64,000 nt of DNA from Alphaproteobacteria bacterium (GCA_009993885.1 JAACSN010000005.1:25495-89494), one strand, 5' to 3'. Counted from the first letter of the stretch, positions 49,118 through 59,935 are shown. Made by a program: numbers and translations. The notes: a model not told the origin generated them from the sequence alone.

Positions 49118-50512
49118 ATGACAGTAGCAAAACGCGCAGAATCCGACTCCCTCGGCACCATCGATGTCGCCGACAATGTTTACTGGGGCGCCCAAACACA
49201 GCGTTCTCTTCTGAACTTTAAAATCGGCACGGAAACTATGCCGACTCCTGTTATTCGCGCTCTGGGCATTCAAAAGCGCGCTGCTGCCGTTGTCAACAAA
49301 GCCCTCAAAATGATTGAAGAAGATGTTGCCGACCTGATTATCCAAGCAGCCCAAGAGGTTGTTGACGGAAAATTAGATTCCCAATTTCCTTTAGTCGTTT
49401 GGCAAACCGGTTCGGGCACGCAAAGTAACATGAATGCCAATGAAGTCATTTCCAACCGTGCCATTGAAATCGCCGGAGGACAACGAGGTTCTAAAACGCC
49501 CGTACATCCCAACGATCACGTCAACCGAGGCCAATCGTCCAACGATACTTTTCCGACGGTGATGCATATTGCGACTGCTTGCGAAATCAATCAAAAGCTG
49601 ATTCCGGCCTTACAGCATCTCTTGAAAACCCTTGAAAAAAAACAATATGATTTTAAAGATATCGTTAAAATCGGCCGCACACACCTTCAAGACGCAACCC
49701 CCCTCACCCTCGGTAATGTTTTTAGCAGCTATGCGACACAAATACGCCAAGGGATCGAGCGCATCAAAGCGACTCTCCCCAACCTCTATCAATTAGCCCA
49801 AGGCGGCACTGCCGTCGGGAGCGGCCTCAATACCCACAAAGATTTTGCCCAAAAATTCGCAGCAGAAGTTGCAGGGCAAACCGGTTTGCCTTTTATTACG
49901 GCTCCTAATAAATTTGAAGCTCTTGCCGCCCATGATGCGCTGGTTGAGACTTCAGGCGCTCTTAATGTATTGGCAACCTCTTGTATGAAAATTGCCAATG
50001 ATATTCGCTTATTGGGTTCCGGTCCCCGTTGCGGCATCGGTGAACTTCACCTGCCCGCCAATGAACCGGGATCTTCTATTATGCCCGGCAAGGTAAATCC
50101 CACCCAGTGTGAAGCCATGACCATGGTCTGCGCCCAAGTCATGGGGAATCATGTTACGACCACCATTGCAGGCTCAAACGGCCATTACGAACTTAATGTT
50201 TTTAAGCCTGTCATGATCTATAGCGTTCTACAGTCCGTTCGCCTCTTAACAGATTCTGCTCAAAGTTTTGCGGACAACTGTGTTGCGGGTATCGAAGCCA
50301 ATAAGGGTCGTATCGGTCGCTTGCTCAATGAATCCCTCATGCTTGTCACAGCTCTTAATCCCCATATCGGTTATGATAATGCAGGAAAAATTGCAAAAAC
50401 AGCCTTTGCCGACGGGAGCACCTTAAAAGAAGCTGCTTTAAAACTCGGTCTTGTCACAGCTCAAGAATTTGATGAATGGGTTATACCGGAAAAAATGGTC
50501 GGCACTTTATAG
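49118..50512 (+). CDS. fumC: Class II fumarate hydratase
   Basis: The signature [15 protein letters not shown] is present, along with the typical N-terminus [21 protein letters not shown]. Confidence 0.96.
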   Translation: MTVAKRAESDSLGTIDVADNVYWGAQTQRSLLNFKIGTETMPTPVIRALGIQKRAAAVVNKALKMIEEDVADLIIQAAQEVVDGKLDSQFPLVVWQTGSGTQSNMNANEVISNRAIEIAGGQRGSKTPVHPNDHVNRGQSSNDTFPTVMHIATACEINQKLIPALQHLLKTLEKKQYDFKDIVKIGRTHLQDATPLTLGNVFSSYATQIRQGIERIKATLPNLYQLAQGGTAVGSGLNTHKDFAQKFAAEVAGQTGLPFITAPNKFEALAAHDALVETSGALNVLATSCMKIANDIRLLGSGPRCGIGELHLPANEPGSSIMPGKVNPTQCEAMTMVCAQVMGNHVTTTIAGSNGHYELNVFKPVMIYSVLQSVRLLTDSAQSFADNCVAGIEANKGRIGRLLNESLMLVTALNPHIGYDNAGKIAKTAFADGSTLKEAALKLGLVTAQEFDEWVIPEKMVGTL

Positions 50513-50549
50513 AATAAGCAATCAGCATTTTCAAGACATCAAAAAAAAA

Positions 50550-50575
50550 CCCACGAAACAGACATCGTGGGTTTT
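50550..50575 (+). terminator. Rho-independent terminator after fumC
   Basis: Stem CCCACGA (50550-50556), 8-nt loop, stem TCGTGGG (50565-50571), then TTTT. An A-run upstream could allow it to work in both directions. Confidence 0.7.
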
Positions 50576-50686
50576 AAAAGCCTTTTTAAAAATTACTTTT
50601 CCAGACTACTTAAGAGAACCGAGTTCCGGAAAATCTGCAACTGCAATTTTATAGGTTTTTATTCTATAAGCATTAGGAAAAACACC

Positions 50687-51373
50687 TTAGGAACCAACGT
50701 TGAGAAAAGCAAAACTCTCGGTTTCACAAGGCAAGCGACTGTCGTCAGAATTCTTCTCCGTTTTGCCGAGAATGCCCATCCCCGGAGTATCCGTGATGCG
50801 CATTGCATCAGGAGTACCGGCAGCGCCGAAATTAAGGGCAAAAGCGCTCTTATTCACAGAGGTTGTTGCCCAATCAATACAGACAGTCGGAGGGATGGTC
50901 TCTTCAGGGACACCATTATAGCTTAACAGGAGACCGTCAGCAGCAAATTGGATAGTCACGTTAGAGTAGGCACGCCCCTTATTGGCACCACTTGTTTGAC
51001 GTATGCCGCCCGGAACCGCATCACCTGCCGTAAGGGTTATATCCCACTCCAAAGGAGTAAGGGTTTTTGCATAAGTCAAAAGAAGATGGTGTCTGCTGGC
51101 AAGAGAATCGGTGACCGACGTATTCACCTCATATGTATGACCGGTGTCTGCATCGGCCGGCAAGCAAACTTGTACGTCAATTTGTGTTGTAGGTCTAAAA
51201 GTACCCCTGGAAGAAGCCGCATTAATAAGTTCAAGTGAATTCGTTCCGTCAGAGATACCAAATTCCTCAAAAGAAGAACAGCGGGCATGATTGCCAGCAA
51301 AAGTCGCCAGGCAAAGAGCACCTACAGATGCAAAATTTATTATTTTTCTTAGACTTACAGTAATATTCGGCAT
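50687..51373 (-). CDS. Hypothetical secreted protein (228 aa), visibly GC-richer than its surroundings
   Basis: The hydrophobic N-terminus is IINFASVGALCLATFAGNHA. No secure family assignment is possible. The GC-rich region also produces overlapping spurious ORFs on the other strand. Confidence 0.45.
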   Translation of the reverse strand: MPNITVSLRKIINFASVGALCLATFAGNHARCSSFEEFGISDGTNSLELINAASSRGTFRPTTQIDVQVCLPADADTGHTYEVNTSVTDSLASRHHLLLTYAKTLTPLEWDITLTAGDAVPGGIRQTSGANKGRAYSNVTIQFAADGLLLSYNGVPEETIPPTVCIDWATTSVNKSAFALNFGAAGTPDAMRITDTPGMGILGKTEKNSDDSRLPCETESFAFLNVGS

Positions 51374-51454
51374 TGTTTTTTTATTCCTTGTTTTTAATTG
51401 GGGCTGTCTTAGATCACTAAGTTAAGTTCTCTCTAACCTCTTTGCTTAGTTGGT

Positions 51455-51556
51455 TTAGCTGCTCTTGGAGTCACTATTGTTAAAACACCATTCACATTCC
51501 TTCAAAAATAGGTGAAAACTCTCCTTTGGTATACCGTTTATTTTCCCTCTCCTCTA
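51455..51556 (-). pseudogene. IS1595-family transposase remnant (C-terminal fragment only)
   Basis: The minus-strand translation RRGKINGIPKESFHLFLKECEWCFNNSDSKSS* matches the conserved IS1595 C-terminus (..KFNGIPK..F.LHLKECEFRFNN..). It is preceded by an in-frame TAG and unrecognisable sequence upstream. Confidence 0.7.
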
Positions 51557-51719
51557 TTCTGAAAGGGAGTAAAAAAAATATGCAAAGAACATACCAAGTT
51601 AAAAGACTCCCCTTAGGATTCCTCTCCTCCGTAGATTCCTCCGGGTTGTTTGTTTTTTACCGTTGCTTTAGATAAGTTATGGAAATATGTTAGAGATATA
51701 TTTTATAAAAGGCCGCCCC

Positions 51720-52571
51720 ATGTATATTAAATCTCTCCATGATGTTATTGATTCCTATGATAATTTTGTCGTAGATGTATGGGGTGTTGTGCACAACGGC
51801 CATACTGTTTTTCCCCATGTTTTGGAAACCCTGCAAGAAATTAAAGATCTCAACAAACATGTGATTTTTTTGTCTAATGCTCCTCGGCGCGCCCATGATC
51901 TTGCACGAGATTTAGAACACTTTGGCGTCACACCCGACCTTTACCGTAACATTCACACATCGGGCGAAGATGCTTACGAACACTTAAGCACTCGAGGAAG
52001 TAACCGTTACCAAGGATTAACTAACAAGTGCTACGCTTTTTTAATGCCCGGCCATACCCATATGCTTGAAGATTGCCGTCTGGAAAGGGTCGGAGACCTC
52101 AACGATGCCTCTTTTATTTTAAACCTACAGCCTCCTCGGGGCGATAATCAAACGAGCGCTGACTACGAGGCTCTCCTGAAGGAGGCTGTTGAAAAGAAAC
52201 TACCTATGGTTTGTGTAAATCCGGATCTTGGTGTTATTTTAGGTGACCAAGTTCACCAATGTGCCGGAACCTTAGCCCAATATTATGAATCTTTGGGCGG
52301 CCTCGTCCATTATCACGGCAAACCCTTTGACTCCGTTTATAAAAGCACCTTGCAAAAATTTCCGACCCCCGATAAAAAACGCACCCTGGCCATTGGAGAT
52401 TCTTTGCGAACAGATATTAAAGGTGCCTTCGATTTTGGCATTGACTCTATTTTAGTTCTCAGCGGCCTTGATGCCCACCATAGCGATCAAGAATCCTTAG
52501 AAAAAAAGGCTCTGGCCTTTTTGAAAGATTCGATTTTAAGGCCGACTTATGTTTGTGCCGAACTGCGTTAA
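51720..52571 (+). CDS. HAD-superfamily subfamily IIA hydrolase (TIGR01459-like)
   Basis: The N-terminus YDNFVVDVWGVVHNG, then FLSNAPR and the C-terminal AIGDSLRTDIKGA are present. The start is moved from the ORF-track 51687 to ATG 51720. Confidence 0.8.
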   Translation: MYIKSLHDVIDSYDNFVVDVWGVVHNGHTVFPHVLETLQEIKDLNKHVIFLSNAPRRAHDLARDLEHFGVTPDLYRNIHTSGEDAYEHLSTRGSNRYQGLTNKCYAFLMPGHTHMLEDCRLERVGDLNDASFILNLQPPRGDNQTSADYEALLKEAVEKKLPMVCVNPDLGVILGDQVHQCAGTLAQYYESLGGLVHYHGKPFDSVYKSTLQKFPTPDKKRTLAIGDSLRTDIKGAFDFGIDSILVLSGLDAHHSDQESLEKKALAFLKDSILRPTYVCAELR

Positions 52572-52603
52572 CTTGTAAGATTAAACTAAACAGGGAGAAT
52601 ATC

Positions 52604-53647
52604 ATGTCAGCTACAAAGCGCTTCGGCGTCCTTTTTTTCACACTCTTTTTCTGTACTGTCGAAAGCAGCTTTGCCTCAAATAACAAAGAGGCTTTTTCTA
52701 TCTCGGAAGACATTCGAGAAAATTTGACAGTCTTGATGCAGGCGCTCTGCCCTCACATTCCATGTGGTGAAGACGGACATTATTTGAGATCCGCTACCCC
52801 TGACGAATACCTTGTTTTTAATGCTGAAACAAAAACCCAAGAAGGTCCTTATTATAATATTGCCGACTGGTTTACGGCTCCTATAGAGCGTTTAACAACA
52901 GATTGTACTTTTGCTTTGTGTGCTTCTTACAAACTTCTTCACCCTGTTGCCCTTAGAACCCCGGAAGAGGAGGAGGAAGGGGAAGGTTTATTTTTTGGTG
53001 AATTCGTCCACTCATTTTTTGACGGTAAAAACAACTTTCTTGGGGTGATTTCCGTAGAGCCCCATAAAACAACAGAACCGGCAACGCCTCATATTAATTA
53101 TTATATCTTCAAGAAACACCAAGGAAAAAAATATTCAACACTCATGATTTCAAGCTTTGTCGAATACCTTAAAGCCTTAGAGGGAAAAGAACTTCCCCAA
53201 ATCACTCTCCCAAAATCCTCTACGTGCCTTGAGATATTAAGAAATACCCTTACCGAAACACCCGACCCGGAAAAATTAAGCCTCTCGGATATCCCCTCTT
53301 CGCTTAATCGTGTCGGCCCTATATGTGCCCATGTCCCTTTAGAAAATCCCCCCTCCTTTGTTCCTGTTAGCAAAGCTCTGTTTTTCACAGGACGTTTTCA
53401 CCTTGAACCGGGATTTGCCGAGGCGCTCGGCTCTCTTATAGAAGGCATCACCGAAGATGAAACAAGAGCCGTCGGCATTCATTTAATTTTTTCAAGTCAA
53501 CCTCCCGATGAAAGCGCATTTTCATACCGTGAAAAAAAACTCATGCTCTACTTTAAAGAATATTGCATGAAAAAACGCGAGGAACGAGCTTCCTTTTATC
53601 CTATCTTACGAGATTATGCCTTTGGCATCGTTGAAAGCGACTATTGA
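52604..53647 (+). CDS. Hypothetical secreted protein (about 347 aa)
   Basis: A GGGAG RBS lies 6 nt upstream of ATG 52604. The signal peptide is MSATKRFGVLFFTLFFCTVESSFA. I recognise no secure domain. Confidence 0.55.
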   Translation: MSATKRFGVLFFTLFFCTVESSFASNNKEAFSISEDIRENLTVLMQALCPHIPCGEDGHYLRSATPDEYLVFNAETKTQEGPYYNIADWFTAPIERLTTDCTFALCASYKLLHPVALRTPEEEEEGEGLFFGEFVHSFFDGKNNFLGVISVEPHKTTEPATPHINYYIFKKHQGKKYSTLMISSFVEYLKALEGKELPQITLPKSSTCLEILRNTLTETPDPEKLSLSDIPSSLNRVGPICAHVPLENPPSFVPVSKALFFTGRFHLEPGFAEALGSLIEGITEDETRAVGIHLIFSSQPPDESAFSYREKKLMLYFKEYCMKKREERASFYPILRDYAFGIVESDY

Positions 53648-53794
53648 AAAAGAGGCCTCTTCGCACTTTAAAGAGAGTGCCTTTAGGCTTTATACGTCCT
53701 TCTGTAATATCTTGTTACAATTCCCCCTCTATTCAAAGGGTAATTCCTAACCTAAAATTTCACTGTAAAATAAAAAGAGTGAGCCTTAAGTATC

Positions 53795-55237
53795 ATGATC
53801 CGCAAGCCAACTTCCCGACAAATCGAAGCCCTTTTCAAACAAATTAAAGATCAAGGCATCATTGATGTGGATTTCCGCTTTACAGACCCTCGGGGGGTCT
53901 GGCACCACATGACTTTTCATATTGACGGATTGAGCAACGATATTTTCGAAAACGGCATTGCTTTTGACGGCTCTTCCATTGCAGGTTGGAAACCTATTCA
54001 CGACTCCGATATGATCATGATTCCCGACCTAAGCCGCATTGTGACAGACCCTTTTGCTAAGAATCCGACACTCATTGTTTTCTGTAATATTCTTGATCCC
54101 GCAACACAAAAAGGCTACGAGCGTGATCCTCGCACCGTTGCCGGAAAAGCAGAAGCATACCTTGTGGAATCAGGACTTGGAACAACTGCCTATTTTGGAC
54201 CCGAGCCTGAATTTTTTGTCTTCGATCGGGTTAATTACGATGTTAATGAAAACTACGCCTTTTATAACCTTCATTCTGAAGAATGCGCGTCGCCAACCAA
54301 CCCTTTTTTCAATAATCACGACCTGCTGACCGACGGCCTTTCCCATCGACCTAATAAAGGAGCGGGGTATGCCCCTGTTGCCCCCGTTGATCGCTTGAGT
54401 GATTTGCGTTCCGACATGCTTCTCGTTCTCAAAGACTTGGGCATGGGCGTCATCAAACATCACCATGAAGTGGCCTCAGCCCAACATGAACTCGGCTTTG
54501 ATTACTCAACCCTTTTGACAACAGCAGATAACCTGCAACTTTTTAAATACGGTATTCTCAACATTTGCCATCAACATGATAAAACAGCAACTTTTATGCC
54601 GAAACCGGTTTCAGGAGACAACGGCTCCGGAATGCATGTTCACCAATCCCTCTGGGACGGAGACACCCCCCTCTTCCTCGGAGACCGATATAATGATCTT
54701 TCCCAAACGGCATTGTATTATATAGGCGGTATTTTAAAACATGCTCGGGCTCTGAATGCCTTTACCAATCCGACAACAAACAGTTATAAGCGTCTTGTCC
54801 CGGGATATGAAGCACCTGTTTATAGAGCTTATTCTGCTCGGAACCGTTCTGCAGCTATCCGAATTCCTTATAGCGCAAACCAAAAAGCAAAACGGATCGA
54901 AGTGCGCTTTCCCGACCCCACAGCCAACCCCTACCTCTGTCTTTCGGCTATGTTAATGGCCGGTATTGACGGCATTAAAAATAAAATCGACCCCGGGGAG
55001 GCCTTAGAAGAAAACCTATATGAAAAAGACATTTCACAACTTGAGGGAGATTTCTTAATGTCCTCTAATTTGCACCAAGCTATGGAATCTCTGAAAGAAG
55101 ACTCGGATTTTTTAACCCAAGGTAATGTTTTTACAAAAGACCAAATTGAAAGCTATATACAACTCAAGAGGCAGGAAATTGACTATGTCAGCCAATGCCC
55201 GAGTCCTGCAGAATTTAAACTTTATTATAGCAGCTAA
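53795..55237 (+). CDS. glnA: Glutamine synthetase type I
   Basis: FRFTDPRGVWHH, FDGSSIAGW, KPVSGDNGSGMHVHQSLW, NSYKRLVPGYEAP and IEVRFPDPTANPYL are present. Confidence 0.96.
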   Translation: MIRKPTSRQIEALFKQIKDQGIIDVDFRFTDPRGVWHHMTFHIDGLSNDIFENGIAFDGSSIAGWKPIHDSDMIMIPDLSRIVTDPFAKNPTLIVFCNILDPATQKGYERDPRTVAGKAEAYLVESGLGTTAYFGPEPEFFVFDRVNYDVNENYAFYNLHSEECASPTNPFFNNHDLLTDGLSHRPNKGAGYAPVAPVDRLSDLRSDMLLVLKDLGMGVIKHHHEVASAQHELGFDYSTLLTTADNLQLFKYGILNICHQHDKTATFMPKPVSGDNGSGMHVHQSLWDGDTPLFLGDRYNDLSQTALYYIGGILKHARALNAFTNPTTNSYKRLVPGYEAPVYRAYSARNRSAAIRIPYSANQKAKRIEVRFPDPTANPYLCLSAMLMAGIDGIKNKIDPGEALEENLYEKDISQLEGDFLMSSNLHQAMESLKEDSDFLTQGNVFTKDQIESYIQLKRQEIDYVSQCPSPAEFKLYYSS

Positions 55238-55291
55238 TTTATAAAATTTTACCAATTCTGTTAAGATAAAATATACCATTTCCATCATAAT

Positions 55292-58042
55292 ATGGTGAAG
55301 GTTAACAAAAAAAAGCCGGGATTTTCTGCATTGGGTAAAGGCGAAACAACAGAAAGTATTGAAACATCCGTTATTCAAAAGCTATTCAAACGCTTTTCCC
55401 ACACCTTTACCCAATTGGAAAAGAAAATGAATGCGGAGAATATCAACTCCCATGTTAAAATTTCAAAATATGTAAGTCGCGTTTTATATAGCTGTTTTAT
55501 TACTACACTTTTTACCGTTACATACCATGTTTATAAAGATAATGAATTTGAGCGTCACTATAACCAACAGTTGGTCTCAAATTTCAATGCACAACTAGAT
55601 AACGCCTTTTATCGCTATTTTGCAATGCTTCATGGTATAAAAGCCGTTTTTTCAATGTCTCCGGATATGACTTTAAATCAATGGACACCCTATGCGCAGC
55701 AAATTTTATACCCGAAGCGCTATCCCGGAATTCATAGCATTGCTGTTATTAAACCTGTTTATAAAAAAGATATTGCAGCCTTTTTAGAACAAGACCGGAA
55801 ACAAAATTCTCGAAATTTAAAAGTAATCTCTCCTGCAGACTATACCCTTGATGAGTTAGGAATCATTCAATATGCTGCCTCTAGGGTTTCCAAATCAGGG
55901 GAAGGTTTGAATGTTCGACAATATAAATCTACCCGCCAAGCGTTAGATTATTCCCGAGATGAAAATAAAACAAAAATGATCTCCGTAAAACACCTAAACG
56001 GAGAAGACCAAGAGAAATTCAAACCTGTTTTTGTTATTTATGCCCCTATTTATCATGCAAATATGCCGATAGATACCCCTCTTTCAAGGCGACAAAATTT
56101 TTACGGATGGGTAGCAACGCCTATTTATATTCGGGAACTTTTCCAAAACGTCTTAAAATCAAACCCCGATTTTAAAAAGCTGCGGGTAACCCTTACCCTT
56201 AATCAAGAAAACCCCATAGACTTTCCGATAACGCCTCGATCATCTCAAAAGCTGACCGTTTTTAATCAAACATTCCACAAAACAATTTCAGGATTAACCT
56301 TTCAAATTCATACGGGATATTACTATCCGGGGCTCACACTTTACGGAGGAAGGCTTACCCTTCCGGGCTCTGTTATCACCGTCTTACTTATTGCTTTCAT
56401 TATAAGTCTGTTGGTTACGGCTTTTTTCTGGTCCGTTCTAACGATGCGCCAGCGGGCACTTGATCTTGCAAACCGAATGACAACTAATCTTTTTCACCAA
56501 GAGCAAAAATACCGCACACTCATTCAAAATGCCCCCGGCGTTATTTTTAGTTGTACCCCCAAACGCAATTGGCGAATGGATTATTTGAGTGAGCAATTTC
56601 AAGAAATTACCGGTTACGACCCCGTTGAATTCCTTAATAATACCCGTCGTTATATCGAAATTATCCATCCTGATGATATCTTGAAAGTTGAAAAAACCAT
56701 CGGCCTTAAGCCGCACCCCAACCACGAATACTTTTTAGATTATCGTCTGATTCATAAGAACGGAAGTATTCGTTGGATGCATGAGCGAGCAAAAGTTGTC
56801 CGTCTACCCCATACCCAAGAACTGCATCTTATGGGCTATTTCTTTGATGTTACCGCCCAAAAAGAAAAAGAATCCGAGTATCGCAACCTTGTTAATGCCC
56901 TTGAAAGTGCCGTTAACGGTGTTGCCTTTATCAATGAAAACGGGTTCCACTTACGTATTAATGAAGCCTATAGCGACATTATGGATGCTAATGCTCAAGA
57001 ACTACAATATAAAAGTTTTTTTGAACTTCTAAGTTCCCGTGATCAAGAAAAGCTCAGAGCTCTTATTGCCAACGGTTTTGAAGATAAAGATCGTGCTCTT
57101 TTAAATGTTGAAGCCTGCACCTTGGAGGGAAAGACCATTTACCTTTCTCTTGTGATTGTACCTGCCTATTCTGATGATCTTACAAAGAAAATGACAGGTT
57201 TTTACGTCTTTGCAAAAGATATGTCTAATGAAGCCCGTCGGGAAAAGCAACTTTCCGAAGCCGTTAAAGCGGCAGAAGCTGCCAATCAAACAAAATCAAC
57301 CTTCCTTGCCACGATGAGCCATGAACTTAGAACGCCGCTTAATGCTATTATCGGCTATAGCGATATGCTTTTAGAAGATGCCCAAGAAAATGAAGATGAC
57401 ATGATTGTGGGAGATCTTACAAAAATTAACAACTCGGGTCGCCACCTTTTATCTATCATTAATGATATCTTGGATGTTTCAAAGCTCGAGGCCGGAAAAA
57501 TGACGGTTCACCTTGAAACCTTTGACATCAAAGAGATTTCAAAAGCAATATTGGATATTATCTATCCCGCTGCTAAAAAGAATAACAATAAAGTCATCCT
57601 TAACCTTCCCGATGATATTGGAGAAATGTACTCTGACCTTACAAAACTACGTCAGATGCTTTTTAACCTTCTCAGCAATGCCTGTAAATTCACAAAAGAC
57701 GGAACGGTCACCATTGATGTTAAAGCCTCTTCAAAAGGCAACAGAGAATTTGTTTCCTTTGTTATTTCCGATTCGGGAATCGGCATTACAGATGAGCAAA
57801 TGGCGAAACTTTTCCAACCTTTTTCCCAAGCCGATAGCTCAACCACGCGTAATTTCGGCGGTACGGGACTCGGCCTTACCATTACGAAAAAATTCTCTGA
57901 AATTCTAGGCGGTAAAATCATCGTCACGAGTAAGACCGGTGTCGGCACAAAATTTACCCTTGTTCTCCCTCGCAATACACGCCAAAATAGTGCCGATGAA
58001 TATAACGGCAACAAAAAAAGCAAGGGACAAAGCGCAGCCTAA
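55292..58042 (+). CDS. CHASE-domain sensor histidine kinase (CHASE-TM-PAS-PAS-HisKA-HATPase, no receiver)
   Basis: A CHASE-like periplasmic region is followed by a TM helix (VITVLLIAFIISLLVTAFFWSVL), PAS regions, the H-box FLATMSHELRTPLNAIIGY, and the G-boxes DSGIGI and GGTGLGLTITKK. The start may be the Met at 55427. Confidence 0.85.
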   Translation: MVKVNKKKPGFSALGKGETTESIETSVIQKLFKRFSHTFTQLEKKMNAENINSHVKISKYVSRVLYSCFITTLFTVTYHVYKDNEFERHYNQQLVSNFNAQLDNAFYRYFAMLHGIKAVFSMSPDMTLNQWTPYAQQILYPKRYPGIHSIAVIKPVYKKDIAAFLEQDRKQNSRNLKVISPADYTLDELGIIQYAASRVSKSGEGLNVRQYKSTRQALDYSRDENKTKMISVKHLNGEDQEKFKPVFVIYAPIYHANMPIDTPLSRRQNFYGWVATPIYIRELFQNVLKSNPDFKKLRVTLTLNQENPIDFPITPRSSQKLTVFNQTFHKTISGLTFQIHTGYYYPGLTLYGGRLTLPGSVITVLLIAFIISLLVTAFFWSVLTMRQRALDLANRMTTNLFHQEQKYRTLIQNAPGVIFSCTPKRNWRMDYLSEQFQEITGYDPVEFLNNTRRYIEIIHPDDILKVEKTIGLKPHPNHEYFLDYRLIHKNGSIRWMHERAKVVRLPHTQELHLMGYFFDVTAQKEKESEYRNLVNALESAVNGVAFINENGFHLRINEAYSDIMDANAQELQYKSFFELLSSRDQEKLRALIANGFEDKDRALLNVEACTLEGKTIYLSLVIVPAYSDDLTKKMTGFYVFAKDMSNEARREKQLSEAVKAAEAANQTKSTFLATMSHELRTPLNAIIGYSDMLLEDAQENEDDMIVGDLTKINNSGRHLLSIINDILDVSKLEAGKMTVHLETFDIKEISKAILDIIYPAAKKNNNKVILNLPDDIGEMYSDLTKLRQMLFNLLSNACKFTKDGTVTIDVKASSKGNREFVSFVISDSGIGITDEQMAKLFQPFSQADSSTTRNFGGTGLGLTITKKFSEILGGKIIVTSKTGVGTKFTLVLPRNTRQNSADEYNGNKKSKGQSAA

Positions 58043-58078
58043 GTTTCCTTCCGTAAAACTTTCCTGTTACAATACGCC

Positions 58079-59935
58079 ATGATGAAAATAAATTCCTCTT
58101 CTCTTTTAGAGACCGGTGTTCAAGCCATTAAAAGCTATATCAAAACCCTGCCCGATAAACCGGGGGTTTATCGAATGCTTAATTCAAAACAAAAAGTACT
58201 CTATGTCGGGAAAGCCCTCAGCTTAAAAAAACGAGTAAATAATTACACCCTTCCCGATAAACTTCCCCTTCGCCTTCAACGAATGATTTCCGAAACCGCT
58301 CGCATGGAGTTTGTTATCACACCTTCGGAAGTTGAAGCTTTATTACTGGAAGCTAACCTTATAAAGCAATACGATCCCCCTTATAATATGCGTCTCAAAG
58401 ACGATAAATTTTTTGCCTACATTCATCTCTCTGATCATCCTTGGCCACGACTCTCAAAATACAGGGGAGATCGCAAAGAAGGAGGGGATTTTTTTGGTCC
58501 CTTTGTTTCATCCGGAGCCATTGATGACGTGATTATCACCCTCCAAAAAACCTTTAAAATACGATCTTGTACCGACTCTTATTTCAAGGCTCGAACACGA
58601 CCGTGCCTGCAATACCACATTAAACGGTGCAGCGCCCCTTGCGTTTCTAAAATCGCCGAAACAGCCTATCAACAGTCTGTTTCACAAGTCAAAACCATTC
58701 TTACGGGTAAAACACAAAAGGTTCAAAAAAGTTTAACAGCCTCTATGTTAAAAGAAAGTGCTCGGCACAACTATGAACGCGCAGCCCTGATTCGGGATCA
58801 AATAAAAGCTCTTACAAAACTGCAATCCCATCAAACGGTCAATATCACAGATCTTAAAAATGCTGATTTTTTTGCTCTGGCAACACTCAACGAACAGACG
58901 TGCATTCAAGGATTCTTCTACCGAAACGGCAGTAATTACGGTACGCATAGCTTTTTTCTCCAAGGAACCGTCGAAGAATCAAAGGAAGATATTTTTGAAG
59001 CTTTTCTCCTCCAGTTTTATGCAGGAAAAGAAATTCCGCCTTATATTTTTACAAATTTTTCCCTAGAGGATCCGCTTTTACAAAAGGCCCTTCAGCAAAA
59101 CCAACCTCACAAAATCACCCTTGCCGCCCCTCAAAGAGGAACGAAAAGAACTGTTCTTGAAACAGCCTTTAAAAATGCCGTCGAGTCTTTGCAACGGCAA
59201 CTCATTTCTAAGAAAAAAGAACAAGAGTATCTTGAAAACCTATCGGACATCCTTGACCTTTCCCGCCCACTCAAACGCATCGAAGTCTATGATAACAGCC
59301 ATATTCAAGGCACAAATGCCATTGGCTCTATGATTGTTTCGGGAATGCAGGGGTTTGAGAAAAAGCACTATCGAAAATTTACTATTAAATCCGCAGAAAT
59401 AACGCCCGGGGATGACTTTGGCATGATGGCAGAGGTTCTAAAACGGCGTTTTCAAGGCTCCCTTACAAAAGATAAAGAACGATCCCCCTTCCCGGATCTT
59501 GTTATCATTGACGGCGGTAAAGGCCAATTAAGTGCAGCTCAAAAAGTCTTCGATGACTTTAATATCGATATCCCCCTCCTCGCTATTGCCAAAGGACCGG
59601 ATCGTAACGCCGGAAAAGAAACTTTTTTTACAAAAAAATCACCTCAAGGGTTCAAACTGAGCCAACACCTTGAGACTCTTCATTACTTGCAACGCCTGCG
59701 AGATGAAGCACACCGATTTGCCGTCACCTTTCACCGCGCAAAGCGCACGAAGGGTTTGCAAAAGTCTCTTTTAGACACTATTTCCGGAATCGGCGCTGCG
59801 CGCAAACGTGCGTTGTTGCAACACTTTGGATCAGCAGTAGCCGTCAAATCAGCAAGTATCGAAGACATACAAAATGTTGAAGGTATTAGCAAAAACCTTG
59901 CAAAAAAGGTTTATCTTTCTCTTCATTCCAGTTAA
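58079..59935 (+). CDS. uvrC: Excinuclease ABC subunit C
   Basis: It has a GIY-YIG N-terminus (PGVYRMLNSKQKVLYVGKA), a UVR domain (YERAALIRDQIKAL), an endonuclease V-like domain and a C-terminal HhH. Confidence 0.95.
   Translation: MMKINSSSLLETGVQAIKSYIKTLPDKPGVYRMLNSKQKVLYVGKALSLKKRVNNYTLPDKLPLRLQRMISETARMEFVITPSEVEALLLEANLIKQYDPPYNMRLKDDKFFAYIHLSDHPWPRLSKYRGDRKEGGDFFGPFVSSGAIDDVIITLQKTFKIRSCTDSYFKARTRPCLQYHIKRCSAPCVSKIAETAYQQSVSQVKTILTGKTQKVQKSLTASMLKESARHNYERAALIRDQIKALTKLQSHQTVNITDLKNADFFALATLNEQTCIQGFFYRNGSNYGTHSFFLQGTVEESKEDIFEAFLLQFYAGKEIPPYIFTNFSLEDPLLQKALQQNQPHKITLAAPQRGTKRTVLETAFKNAVESLQRQLISKKKEQEYLENLSDILDLSRPLKRIEVYDNSHIQGTNAIGSMIVSGMQGFEKKHYRKFTIKSAEITPGDDFGMMAEVLKRRFQGSLTKDKERSPFPDLVIIDGGKGQLSAAQKVFDDFNIDIPLLAIAKGPDRNAGKETFFTKKSPQGFKLSQHLETLHYLQRLRDEAHRFAVTFHRAKRTKGLQKSLLDTISGIGAARKRALLQHFGSAVAVKSASIEDIQNVEGISKNLAKKVYLSLHSS

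Noticed and set aside
50687-51373. Resemblance of the 228-aa ORF (VTIQFAADGLLLSYNG...ALNFGAAGTPDAMRITD) to the central domain of flagellar hook protein FlgE
   Set aside because: This is only a loose pattern similarity recalled from memory. The conserved flagellar N- and C-terminal helices are absent and there is no flagellar gene context, so it does not support an annotation.
52604-53647. Possible GNAT acetyltransferase motif (IFKKHQGKKYSTLMISSFVEYLKA) in the secreted ORFan
   Set aside because: The Q/R-x-x-G-x-G/A spacing does not fit, and I could identify no other GNAT motifs.
53663-53680. NtrC-like binding site (GCAC-N10-GTGC) upstream of glnA
   Set aside because: The spacing does not match the TGCACC-N5-GGTGCA consensus (GCAC-N7-GTGC). 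It is more probably an incidental hairpin.
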